A stretch of DNA of 41,928 nucleotides, taken from the sequence record DRR378314_35. One strand, written 5' to 3'. Shown here in pieces: positions 1 to 9,900 of this stretch. The translations under genes were made by a program, and so were the position numbers. Numbering within the stretch: position 1 is the stretch's first letter; each line of letters opens with the position of its first letter. The notes beneath the pieces are model-generated. The model did not search any database. It saw nothing but the letters and a program-made list of their open reading frames with translations, and was not told the origin of the DNA.

Positions 1-144
1 TATGCATTTGCCATGCAATGTATGAGTACGCTTGCCATTGTAAAAAGAGAGACCAATTCATGGAAATGGCCCATGATCCAATTGGGCTTTATGAGTGTTT
101 TTGCTTATATTATAGCTTTGATAGCATACCAAATCCTAAGTTAA
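1..144 (+). CDS. feoB: Ferrous iron transport protein B, C-terminal fragment (gene starts before window)
   Basis: Frame 1 reads [47 protein letters not shown], matching the FeoB C-terminal gate motif (CxsTla..krE..swkw). Not in ORF track. Confidence 0.92.
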   Translation, partial: YAFAMQCMSTLAIVKRETNSWKWPMIQLGFMSVFAYIIALIAYQILS

Positions 145-151
145 TACAAAG

Positions 152-295
152 ATGATTCAACAAATACTGGCATACGGAACCTTGCTTGTAGCAGCAGGCT
201 ATTTGGTTTGGAAATTCTTGCTTCCCAAATCACTCTTCAACAAAGGGAACAACAATTCCAATTCCTGTGGTCAGGACAATTGTGGCTGTGGTTAA
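152..295 (+). CDS. FeoB-associated Cys-rich small membrane protein (47 aa)
   Basis: Manual translation MIQQILAYGTLLVAAGYLVWKFLLPKSLFNKGNNNSNSCGQDNCGCG*: one TM helix plus C-terminal CxxxxCxC, 7 nt after feoB stop. Confidence 0.85.
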   Translation: MIQQILAYGTLLVAAGYLVWKFLLPKSLFNKGNNNSNSCGQDNCGCG

Positions 296-362
296 TTTAC
301 TAGCTGTTTTTCTATGCTATTATTCATCAAAAATCGATAGATTGTAGGATATTTTCATTCTG

Positions 363-761
363 ATGAAAAACCTTGCGATTATTTTCTTGCTAATATTTCT
401 TTCGATATTGGGTGGTTGCTCTTCAAGCAAAAACACCGTTTACAACAAGAATCTTTCCGAAGAAATATCCAAAAAAAACAACAAAACCATTCCGTTACTG
501 GACAGGATAAGGCGTTTGCCCGGAATCACCCTTAGAGGCGGCACACCTTATTTTATGAAGTCGGCAAACCAAATCTCCGGAACGGCGACCGAGCCATTAT
601 ATGTATTAAATGGTTTTATTTTGGGCAACTCATTTAAATCCCTTGATCAATTAGTGGATAGTGCCACCATTAAAAGTATTGATGCCCTAAGCGGTTCAGA
701 AGCTGCTTCTTATGGTTCAAGGGCCGCTAGTGGGGTTATTAAAATAACCACACATCAATAG
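363..761 (+). CDS. Lipoprotein with stand-alone TonB-dependent receptor plug-like domain
   Basis: Lipobox LGGC; plug signatures EPLYVLNG and IKSIDALSGSEAASYGSRAASGVIKITT; no beta-barrel. Confidence 0.8.
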   Translation: MKNLAIIFLLIFLSILGGCSSSKNTVYNKNLSEEISKKNNKTIPLLDRIRRLPGITLRGGTPYFMKSANQISGTATEPLYVLNGFILGNSFKSLDQLVDSATIKSIDALSGSEAASYGSRAASGVIKITTHQ

Positions 762-820
762 GCTTACAAACCCTCATTCTTTCCAAAAACTTAGAAAAAC
801 ACATTTTTTTTAATTCTTCG

Positions 821-846
821 TGTAACCTTTCTTAATTTCCTGACTA
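821..846 (+). promoter_or_regulatory. Putative ECF sigma autoregulatory promoter
   Basis: TGTAAC(821-826)-N14-TGACTA(841-846) upstream of an ECF gene; resembles ECF -35 AAC / -10 motifs, but the spacer is short. Confidence 0.4.
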
Positions 847-877
847 TATATAGTAAACGCCAACTAAAAAACAGCAT

Positions 878-1402
878 TTGGAAACACTTTCAGATGAAAT
901 GATCATGCAAAAAGTATCCGAGGGCAACTTGGATCTGCTCAAGGAACTTTTTGACCGACACCACAAACACGTGTACAATTTTCTGTACAAAATGTCGGGT
1001 GATCGTATGTTGGCCGAAGATCTTACACAGGATGTTTTTTACAAACTGATCAAGTATCGGAACTCATACAACAATGGGTCTTTCTTGTCCTGGATGTTCA
1101 CCATAGCACGGAACAACCTAAAAACACATTACACAAGAAACCAAAGACCGCATGACGATATCGAAGTTCTGGCATACAAAGCAGTGGAAGAGGAAAATGA
1201 CATTTCCGAAAACAATGCTCATTTACAATATGCCTTGAGCCAGTTGGACCCTTATGACCGTGAATTGGTGATATTGAACCGATACAAGGAAGTGAGGTAC
1301 GAAGACCTGGCAGAAATAATGGGAAGTACCCCAGGAGCTGTAAAAACCCGAGTGTGCAGGATTTTAAAGAAGTTGAAGAATATTTACTTAGAAAGTATAT
1401 AG
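878..1402 (+). CDS. ECF RNA polymerase sigma-70 factor
   Basis: Region 2 AEDLTQDVF / SWMFTIARN and region 4 YEDLAEIMGSTPGAVKTRVCR; TTG start. Confidence 0.93.
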   Translation: METLSDEMIMQKVSEGNLDLLKELFDRHHKHVYNFLYKMSGDRMLAEDLTQDVFYKLIKYRNSYNNGSFLSWMFTIARNNLKTHYTRNQRPHDDIEVLAYKAVEEENDISENNAHLQYALSQLDPYDRELVILNRYKEVRYEDLAEIMGSTPGAVKTRVCRILKKLKNIYLESI

Positions 1403-1404
1403 CC

Positions 1405-2190
1405 ATGGAAAAGAAACATGTTTTTGACCAAATACCGGATTATCTGGATGGCAGGTTGGACTCGTCGGAAAAGACCAAGTTCGAACAACACGTAGCACAA
1501 TGTGCCGAATGTCAAAAGGAATTGGAAGAGATGAAAACCTTTTTCAATGTTCTTGAAGAAGATGTTCCCGTACCAACCGATAGAATAAAAGCAAAATTTG
1601 ATTCAGTCCTTGAAGAAGAAAAAATGAATCAGGGAAAAGTGGTTCGCATGGAATCCAAACCTTCATTTAATTGGACTGGAAATGTGCTAAAAATTGCAGC
1701 CAGCATTGCCCTTTTGGTGGCAGCTTTTCAAATGGGAAGTGTATTTCAACAAAGAAAAGTGAACCAAGATATTGCTCAATTACAGGATGAAACAAATCAG
1801 ATGAAACAAACAGCCATGCTATCGCTCATGGAAAATCAATCCGCGAGCAAGCGAATCCAAGGGGTAAACTATATCGAGGAATTTGAACAACCCGATGAAG
1901 CCATCATCCAAGCACTCGCCAATAGATTGCTGTACGATGAAAACGACAACGTTCGGATGACGGCCTTCGAAGCATTGGTCAAGTTCACTTCCTCCGAAAC
2001 CGTAAAAAACACTTTTATCGAAGCCTTGGAACAAGAACAAAATCCAAGTATTCAGGTGGCCATTATTCAGGCATTGGTTCAGATTCAGGAGAAAAAAGCG
2101 GCCGAACCCATGAAGAAATTATTGGAAAAAGAAGATACACAACCCTTTATAAAAGATCAAATCAGGGCAGTATTGCCAAGTATATCATAA
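1405..2190 (+). CDS. Anti-sigma factor: zf-HC2 (ZAS) domain, TM helix, HEAT-repeat domain
   Basis: Start reassigned to ATG 1405 (MEKKHV...); HVAQCAEC = HxxxCxxC; TM KIAASIALLVAAF; HEAT-like DENDNVRMTAFEAL / NPSIQVAIIQAL. Confidence 0.88.
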   Translation: MEKKHVFDQIPDYLDGRLDSSEKTKFEQHVAQCAECQKELEEMKTFFNVLEEDVPVPTDRIKAKFDSVLEEEKMNQGKVVRMESKPSFNWTGNVLKIAASIALLVAAFQMGSVFQQRKVNQDIAQLQDETNQMKQTAMLSLMENQSASKRIQGVNYIEEFEQPDEAIIQALANRLLYDENDNVRMTAFEALVKFTSSETVKNTFIEALEQEQNPSIQVAIIQALVQIQEKKAAEPMKKLLEKEDTQPFIKDQIRAVLPSIS

Positions 2191-2210
2191 ACATCAAAAA
2201 AGCGAATATC

Positions 2211-2963
2211 ATGAGAAAATTCACATTTATTTTAATGGCCCTTTTTGTGGGCAGTATTGCCAAAGCGCAAAGCGATTACACCAAATCCCTAAGTGGCATC
2301 CAATGGGTAAAAATAGAGTCCAAAACGGACATTGTGGTAAAAACCCATAGTGCCAACGAACTTCTGATTAAGTCCGGGCCTGAGGTAAAAACACCGGAAA
2401 AGGCCAAAGGCTTAAAATTGGTCGGCGAAGGAGGCACGGACAACACCAACATCGGTTTTTCCGTAGTACAGGACGGAAACACGCTTATTGTTCACAACCT
2501 CCGAAAAAGCAAGGGGGCCGAAATTTATTTGCCCGCTTCACAAAATGTTGCTGTAAAAAGCACATGGAACGGTGATATTGAAATCGATGGCTTTTCTGGA
2601 GAAATTGAGGCAGATGCCCAGTTAAACGGCAGTGTAAAAATATGGAACGTAAACGGACCTGTTACGGCCAATTCTTTGAATGGTCAACTCGAAGTTGTTT
2701 TCGGAAAAGTGACTCAGGACTCTCCTATTTCCCTTTACTCCACCAACGGTGCAGTAGACGTAAGCCTTCCCGGCAGCACACCGGCCAATTTGGCCCTAAG
2801 TACCCTAAATGGGAATGTGTACACGGACTTTGACATAAAGGCCGAGGACAAAAACGGACTAAAATCAGTTTTGGGACGAGACATTAAAGCTTCCATTAAC
2901 GGTGGTGGTGTAAAAATTTCCATGAAATCCACCAACGGAAACATGTACCTCAGAAAAAAATAA
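2211..2963 (+). CDS. Secreted DUF4097-family beta-strand repeat (adhesin-like) protein
   Basis: Signal peptide AKA|Q; repeats SLNGQL, STNGAV, TLNGNV, STNGNM. Confidence 0.8.
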   Translation: MRKFTFILMALFVGSIAKAQSDYTKSLSGIQWVKIESKTDIVVKTHSANELLIKSGPEVKTPEKAKGLKLVGEGGTDNTNIGFSVVQDGNTLIVHNLRKSKGAEIYLPASQNVAVKSTWNGDIEIDGFSGEIEADAQLNGSVKIWNVNGPVTANSLNGQLEVVFGKVTQDSPISLYSTNGAVDVSLPGSTPANLALSTLNGNVYTDFDIKAEDKNGLKSVLGRDIKASINGGGVKISMKSTNGNMYLRKK

Positions 2964-2966
2964 AAC

Positions 2967-3048
2967 TGTCATATCGAGCGCAGTCGAGATGCGTTTCAAT
3001 CTTTTGATGGAGCTTGCCTTGAGCGAAGTCGAAAGGCTCAAGATGACA
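2967..3048. repeat. REP/REPIN-like palindromic element
   Basis: Terminal imperfect inverted repeat TGTCATATCGAGC (2967-2979) / GCTCAAGATGACA (3036-3048); internal direct repeat GAGCG(C/A)AGTCGA at 2976 and 3021; GC-rich within an AT-rich spacer. Confidence 0.7.
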
Positions 3049-3087
3049 ACACATCAATTCAATATTAAAATCAAAAATCGAACAGTC

Positions 3088-3798
3088 ATGAAAAAATTAA
3101 TCATCACCGTATTTGTGGGATTGGCAACACTATCCCTAACTGCACAAAAAATCATCGAGAAAAATTTCAATTACTCCGGACAATCCATCGATTTAGATGT
3201 AAAATTTGCCAACAACATCGAGGTAAAAACCTGGGATAAATCAACCGTTTATTTTAAGGCAGATATCACTATTGAAGACGAGAAGTATTTGGATAAATAC
3301 AAACTTGATATTGATGAAAGTTCCAGCTCCCTGAACATTGCTTCCAATGTTGAGGATGTTTTTGATGCTTTTAAGGAGGAATGGGACAAAACCAGACCCA
3401 ATAAAAAGGGGTACTATTTTTCGGATGACACCTACGAGTTCAATTATGTCCTATACGTTCCCAAAAACGCAACGTTCAAAGTGAGCAGCATAAACGGTGA
3501 CCTAAGGGCCGAAGTTATTGAAGGGGATTTTACCGCAGATTTAATCAATGGTGACATCGACATCAAAAAATATGACGGTGACATGGACCTACGGACCATC
3601 AATGGTGAAATAGATTTGGTATTAAAGAATACGAGACTGGTTGCCGAGACCATACATGGCAATATTTACGCTGATCAAGGTATGGACCTTAACGTAAGTG
3701 ACCGCTACGTTGGCCAAAAAGTAGAGGGCAGATTTGACAATGCAACCCATCGATTAAAACTCAACACGATAAACGGAAATATGTACCTCCGTCTCTAG
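3088..3798 (+). CDS. Secreted DUF4097-family beta-strand repeat protein
   Basis: Start reassigned to ATG 3088 (MKKLIITVFVGLATLSLTA|Q); repeats SINGDL, LINGDI, TINGEI, TINGNM. Confidence 0.8.
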   Translation: MKKLIITVFVGLATLSLTAQKIIEKNFNYSGQSIDLDVKFANNIEVKTWDKSTVYFKADITIEDEKYLDKYKLDIDESSSSLNIASNVEDVFDAFKEEWDKTRPNKKGYYFSDDTYEFNYVLYVPKNATFKVSSINGDLRAEVIEGDFTADLINGDIDIKKYDGDMDLRTINGEIDLVLKNTRLVAETIHGNIYADQGMDLNVSDRYVGQKVEGRFDNATHRLKLNTINGNMYLRL

Positions 3799-4187
3799 AT
3801 CAGATTGGAAACAAAAGAATAGAGCAATAAGGCCCAACCTGCGACCAAAAGCAGACCTCCAATTGGGGTAACTGGGCCTAAAAACCGTGGCTTATTGCCT
3901 TTTGCCGCACCCAAACAAAGGGCATAAATGCTAAAGGAGAACAATAAAGTTCCGAAAATAAAGCTATTCACTATCCAAGCATCCAATGGTTTGTCGAAGC
4001 TTAAATTAAAGCCCAGAACCAAAAGTACGATAGCGTGATACATTTGATATTTGACCCCTGTCTCAAAACTTTGTAACAGTTCGGGGGTCAATTTCTTTTT
4101 TAAGGCATGGGCTCCAAAAGCACCAAATATTACAGCCAATAATCCGTACAAGGCTCCCATAAGCTGGGCCATAAAAATTGTTCCCAT
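3795..4187 (-). CDS. DUF423 (YgdD/TMEM256-like) membrane protein
   Basis: GAFGAHAL, FETGVKYQMYHA, LFSFSIY, GPVTPIGG signatures. Confidence 0.9.
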   Translation of the reverse strand: MGTIFMAQLMGALYGLLAVIFGAFGAHALKKKLTPELLQSFETGVKYQMYHAIVLLVLGFNLSFDKPLDAWIVNSFIFGTLLFSFSIYALCLGAAKGNKPRFLGPVTPIGGLLLVAGWALLLYSFVSNLI

Positions 4188-4197
4188 CTTTTAACTT

Positions 4198-4605
4198 TTA
4201 AAGTTTAATGTTGATTTCGTAATCTGAGTGGATTTGGAATGCACACTCCTTGTATTTAGGAGGACCGAAGGTTTTCATCTTTCCTTTGGAAAAGGCCACC
4301 TTTTCTTTAGGTATACCCAACCAATTGGTGTCCAGTTGCCCATTTCCATTCTCATCATGGAAAACTGCCAGGGCATATTCCCCTTCAGGCAAATCTTCTA
4401 TCACTAATTGAACAATACCTTCATGAGCTACTTCTGTCCCAGCTTTAAACACTCCGTCAAAAGACAAAAAAGTGTCATCCGAATTATAGACAGCAACATT
4501 TACATGCCCCTTGTTGGATGGCACATTGTGCACATGAACCGAAATACTATTTTGTGAAAACATCGATAAAGGGGCTAAAAATAGAGCAAAAAGGAGTATT
4601 CTCAT
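4198..4605 (-). CDS. DUF2141-family secreted protein
   Basis: Signal MFS|Q; GEYALAVFHDENGNGQLDTNWLGIPKE..FS motif. Confidence 0.88.
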   Translation of the reverse strand: MRILLFALFLAPLSMFSQNSISVHVHNVPSNKGHVNVAVYNSDDTFLSFDGVFKAGTEVAHEGIVQLVIEDLPEGEYALAVFHDENGNGQLDTNWLGIPKEKVAFSKGKMKTFGPPKYKECAFQIHSDYEINIKL

Positions 4606-4629
4606 GATAATTCAGGACTATTTAGGAAA

Positions 4630-5064
4630 TTATTTGGGTTGCTCAGTATCACCCAGTAAATTACGCTGCAAAATAGCATATAATTTTTGGGTTTCCAGAC
4701 TGTCCTTAAGATTCAGGTACATTTTTAGGGAATCGTGGTGTACCACTTTAATTTTTTGTTGATACAGGTCATCCACAAAAACATAAACTTTGGTATTTGT
4801 GATGGAATCCTTGAAAACTCCTTTTTCCTTTTCCATCCAAGAAAATCCGCTCGAGCGCTCCATCTCGGGGAGTTTTTCCACCAATAACACACTGTCCAAT
4901 TCCGTCAACGGTACTTTTTGATAATAGATTCCTGAAAATATTTTGAGGTTGCCCTCTTCTATTTTGTACCAATTTTTATAATGCTCCACAAAAGCAAGCA
5001 CACAAAATATTACAGTCAGTACAATCAATACATTCCACAACCAATGTCTTTTTCTTTTGCTCAT
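4630..5064 (-). CDS. Hypothetical membrane-anchored protein
   Basis: 144 aa; basic N-terminus then one TM helix; first gene of a 3-gene minus-strand run. Confidence 0.7.
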   Translation of the reverse strand: MSKRKRHWLWNVLIVLTVIFCVLAFVEHYKNWYKIEEGNLKIFSGIYYQKVPLTELDSVLLVEKLPEMERSSGFSWMEKEKGVFKDSITNTKVYVFVDDLYQQKIKVVHHDSLKMYLNLKDSLETQKLYAILQRNLLGDTEQPK

Positions 5065-5169
5065 CTTCTTACAGCTAAGTGCTATTTGGTAAGATTTAAA
5101 GGTAGTTCAATTCTTTTTAAGGGTCAAGAACATGCAATCCTAGTATATTTGAAGTATTAAACATTGTTT

Positions 5170-5925
5170 ATGGATTTCACAGGAAAAAATGTACTAGTTA
5201 CCGGTGCCTCACGGGGCATCGGAAAAGCAACGGCCATGGCCTTCGCCAAAAAAGGGGCCAAAGTTGGCGTCAATTATAGAAGTAATGACAAAGTGGCCCA
5301 ACAAACCCTGGCAGAATTGCCAGGGAAAGGGCACCATCTTTTTAAAAGGGACATTTCCCAAAAGGCAGAAACACAGGCCTTGATCGATGATTTTATAAAA
5401 ACCTATGGCCAACTGGACATTTTGGTGAACAATGCCGGCATTTCTATTTTTCATGAAATAGACAAAGTCGACTTTGAACATTGGACCAACGCTTGGGAAA
5501 AGACTTTTGAATCCAATCTTTTTGCCGTGGCCAATTTGTGTTATTGGGGAGCCAAGGCCATGATGAAAACAGGGGGCGGACATATTGTGAACGTTTCCTC
5601 CCGTGGTGCTTTTCGCGGAGAGCCTACCAAACCAGCTTATGGGGCCAGCAAAGCGGCATTGAATTCCATGAGCCAATCCCTGGCCAAAAAGCTGGCCCCG
5701 CACAACATTTATGTTGGAGTTGTTGCGCCCGGGTTTACCGAAACGGAAATGGCCAAAGAGACCCTAACCCCTGCCGAGCGCGAAAACTTGCTCCGCGAAT
5801 CACCCTTTAAACGCATGGCACAACCCGAAGAAGTAGCCCATGCCATATTGTTCTTGGCATCTTCCGAAGCGGCCTATTCTTCAGGAACGATTATAGATGT
5901 GAACGGAGCTTCTTATTTAAGATAG
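5170..5925 (+). CDS. SDR family NAD(P)-dependent oxidoreductase
   Basis: TGASRGIG, NNAG, catalytic YGASK; TATATTTG -7 element at 5144-5151. Confidence 0.93.
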   Translation: MDFTGKNVLVTGASRGIGKATAMAFAKKGAKVGVNYRSNDKVAQQTLAELPGKGHHLFKRDISQKAETQALIDDFIKTYGQLDILVNNAGISIFHEIDKVDFEHWTNAWEKTFESNLFAVANLCYWGAKAMMKTGGGHIVNVSSRGAFRGEPTKPAYGASKAALNSMSQSLAKKLAPHNIYVGVVAPGFTETEMAKETLTPAERENLLRESPFKRMAQPEEVAHAILFLASSEAAYSSGTIIDVNGASYLR

Positions 5926-5931
5926 TTTATT

Positions 5932-6408
5932 ATGAAAGCTGCTACGGTTGCACAACTCAAAAAAGAACTGAAGTTTAAATCCCAGGAAGAGACCATGCAA
6001 CTTTGTTTGCGATTGGCAAGGTTCAAAAAAGAGAACAAGGAACTCCTCACCTATCTTCTTTTTGAATCCGAAAGCGAAGAAGGCTATATTGAAGCGGTAA
6101 AGGAAGAGGTCGACGCCATGTTTGACGACATCAACATCAATAGTTATTTCTATATCAAAAAAAGTGTTCGGAAAATACTACGAACCATCAAAAAATACAT
6201 TCGCTATTCAGGAAACAAAGCCACCGAGGTGGAACTGCTACTGTATTTCTGTGGGAAGCTAAAGTCCTTTCGTCCATCCATCAACAGAAATACTACGCTA
6301 AAAAACTTATACAACCGACAATTGGAGTACATCAACAAAAAAATCCCATTGCTTCATGAAGACTTGCAACACGATTATGGGGTTATTTTACAACAATTAA
6401 ACGACTAA
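5932..6408 (+). CDS. Conserved hypothetical helical protein
   Basis: 158 aa ORF tightly coupled to the SDR gene; LARFKKENKELLTYLLF segment. Confidence 0.75.
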   Translation: MKAATVAQLKKELKFKSQEETMQLCLRLARFKKENKELLTYLLFESESEEGYIEAVKEEVDAMFDDININSYFYIKKSVRKILRTIKKYIRYSGNKATEVELLLYFCGKLKSFRPSINRNTTLKNLYNRQLEYINKKIPLLHEDLQHDYGVILQQLND

Positions 6409-6414
6409 AAAAGC

Positions 6415-6906
6415 ATGTTTGAAGACGATGATGAGCCTGGCAAAGGCAGACGAGATATTGAAAAGATGCCCATTTACAAAAAGGGATGGGTCATTTTTGA
6501 TTTAGCAGATAAAATCGCATCGTTGGCAAATGATGAAGAGGAGTTTGCAGCTCTTGAAGAAACAGAGCTAGGTCTGTTGCGTCACCATGCCGACCAATTA
6601 CGTAACGATGCCATGCTTATTTGCCCTAAAATAGCAGGAGCTGAAGGAGGCGATCTTTATGCAATACGTATGGAAAATGCCACCATAATCAGAAAGGTCG
6701 CACGTGAAGTCCAAACTGGTTGTTCGGGGCTGGAATTATGGGGTTTCAAGCATTCCGAGTACCTTGAGTTGTTGCGAAAAGAAATTGAGGGGTTTAGGCT
6801 TCTTTTTGCAGAATGGGTGAAAACTTTCGACCCTTGGAACTACTCGTTGGACCGATGGGGACTCTTTAATCCACCAGGAATCAATTATGATGATTTGGAA
6901 CTATGA
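6415..6906 (+). CDS. Hypothetical protein, probable four-helix bundle
   Basis: 163 aa; amphipathic helices with ICPKIAGAEG and IRKVAREV motifs; operonic spacing of 6 nt. Confidence 0.7.
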   Translation: MFEDDDEPGKGRRDIEKMPIYKKGWVIFDLADKIASLANDEEEFAALEETELGLLRHHADQLRNDAMLICPKIAGAEGGDLYAIRMENATIIRKVAREVQTGCSGLELWGFKHSEYLELLRKEIEGFRLLFAEWVKTFDPWNYSLDRWGLFNPPGINYDDLEL

Positions 6907-6983
6907 TCGGAATACTTATCCAATTCAAAAAGTTTGATTAAATTGTAACTTTATTCTAACTACTCACAACCAACCTTGACATC

Positions 6984-9900
6984 ATGCGAATACCAACAAC
7001 CTCAACAAAGATATGGGTACTGCTTTCCATATTTTTTTCAACACTATTTATTTACGCACAAAATGCATCCCCCATTACCATTGATACAAGTTTTTACAGT
7101 GGTTTCGAATGGAGGAACATTGGTCCCAACCGAGGGGGGCGATCCTTAGGAGCAGCTGGAAGCCCCTCTAGGCCCAACGAATATTATTTTGGAGCCACAG
7201 GAGGTGGTCTTTGGAAAACCGTTGATGGTGGAAACACTTGGAAGTCTGTTACCGACGGCCAAATAACAAGCTCTTCCGTGGGAGCGGTCGCAGTAGCCGA
7301 AACCAATCCAGATGTGGTATATATCGGGATGGGGGAAACACAATTGCGAGGAAGCATTACCCAAGGTGATGGTGTTTACAAAACCACAGATGGTGGAAAA
7401 ACTTGGACACACCTAGGACTGGAAGAAACCCAGGCCATTTCCAGGGTTCGTGTAGACCCCACCAATGAAAATATTGTTTACGTTGCCGCGCTTGGCCATC
7501 CTTATGGCGAAAACGAAGAACGTGGTGTTTTTAAATCTGTGGACGGTGGCAAAACTTGGAAAAAAGTCCTCTATGTAAGCGACAAAGCAGGTGCCGCTGA
7601 TTTAATAATAGACCGAAACAATCCCAATATACTCTATGCCAGCACATGGCAAGTGTACCGTAAAGCGTGGAAAATGTGGGGCGGTGGCCCCGATAGTAAA
7701 CTGTGGAAATCCACGGATGGTGGAGAAACTTGGACAGACCTTACGCAAAACCAAGGTATGCCCGAAGGTCCCATTGGTAAAATAGGCGTGACCGTCTCTC
7801 CTGTGGACTCCAACCGTGTTTGGGCCATTGTAGAGGCCAACGAAGGGGGTGTTTTTCGTTCTGATGATGCGGGTAAAACTTGGGAATTGACCAATAACGA
7901 ACGTAAATTGAGACAACGAGCATTTTACTACTCCAGAATCTATGCCGACCCCAAAGACAAAGATGTAGTGTATGGTTTAAACGTTGGTTTCTTTAAATCT
8001 ACCGATGGTGGAAAAACATTTGACGAAAGAATAACTACTCCCCATAGTGACAACCACGATCTTTGGATAGATCCGAACAATCCCGACAGGATGATCAACG
8101 CTAACGACGGTGGAGGCGTGGTGAGCATTAATGGAGGTAAAACATGGACCGAGCAGGATTATCCTACATCGCAATTTTATCATGTAATGGCCACTAGTGA
8201 CGTTCCTTACCATGTGGCAGGTGCCCAGCAGGACAATTCTACCTTGGCCATGCCCAGCGATGGATGGGACTTTATGCAAGCGAGAGGTCCAAGTTCCGAA
8301 TGGTACTACGCCGTTGGAGGTGGCGAAAGCGGTTGGATCACCCAAAGCCCGACCAACCCCGATATTTTTTATGCAGGAAGCCAAGGCGCACTCTTAACAC
8401 GTTATGACAGAAGCAACGGTCAAACCCGTGACATTCAAGTGTATCCGCGATTTTTCTCTGGAGAGCCTGCAAGTGCGCTTCCTGAGCGCTGGCAATGGAC
8501 CTTCCCCATTATGTTCGCTCCCAAAGATCCCAACGTAATGTACACCTGTTCCCAACACGTTTGGAAAACCACCAACGATGGACAGACCTGGGAAAAGATA
8601 AGTCCAGACCTTACCTATGCCGACCCAGAAACCCTTGGCAAAACCGGCGGTGTCATCACTATGGACATGAACGGACCAGAGATTTATGCCACAGTGTTTG
8701 CTTTGGCACCATCCAATCACGATATCAACACCATTTGGGCCGGATCGGATGATGGAAAAATACACATTACAAGAGATGGTGGGGAAAACTGGGAAGATAT
8801 TACTCCAGAAGAGCTTCCTAAATACTCCCGAGTGAGCATCATCGAAGAATCCATCCATAACCCTGGAACTTTATATGTGGCCGCCAACAGATACCAAGTA
8901 GATGATAGGGCCCCGTATGTTTTTAAGACACATGATTACGGTAAAACTTGGACAAAAATCATTACCGGAATAAAAGATGGACATTTTGCCAGAGCAATTC
9001 GAGAAGACCACAAGAGAGAAGGTCTATTGTTCTTGGCTACCGAACATGGTGTTTATTTCTCCATCAATGATGGTGAAGAATGGCAGTCGCTTCAATTGAA
9101 CTTGCCCGACACCCCGATTCGGGACTTGGTGATCAAGGACAACGATGTGGTTTTGGGCTCTCACGGTAGAGGATTTTGGATTTTGGACGACATCCAACCT
9201 TTTCGGGAATATTCCGAAGACTTAAAAAGTCAAAAAAATGTGCTTTTTAAGCCCACAGATGCGATTAGAGGTATCTACAAAGCTAACTTTCAGTATTATT
9301 TGGAAGAGCAAGTGGATACGGTTACCTTTTCAGTTTTTGATGCTGACAATAATTTAATTGAGTCTTTTGGCGGTAACCAACCAGAATATGAAAAAGACGA
9401 TAATGCATCTTGGTGGAGTCGAGGGAACAGTACCAAACCAACCACGGCAAAAGGCATCAATACCTTTACCTGGAACCTAAGGTATCCAGGGCCAACCACT
9501 TTTGATGGCATCATAATTTGGGGAGCATCTGCAACCACCGGTCCAAAAGCACCTCTTGGCACTTATACAATTCAAATGAAAGTAGGTGAAGAAGTCATCA
9601 AAAGCTATCCATTTGAGATAGAAATGGATCCCAATTTGAAAGGAATCACTGCGGAAGACCTTCAAAAACAGTTTGAATTGGCTTCCAAAATAACCGACAA
9701 AGCTACCATTGCCAACGAAGCTGTGATTCAGATCAGAAGCATCCGCAAACAAATGGATAGTTTGGGCAAAGGCGTTTCCAGCAGAAAGTTCAAAAAGCTT
9801 TCAGAAGATTTTATGGGAACCCTTACAGAGATTGAGGAAGACCTTTATCAAACCAAGAACCAATCGGGACAAGATCCCTTGAACTTCCCTATAAAATTGA

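Noticed and set aside
7200-9090. Recurring GATGGTGGAAAAAC-like DNA repeats as a possible CRISPR or tandem array
   Set aside because: They are codons of Asp-box motifs, irregularly spaced within an ORF.
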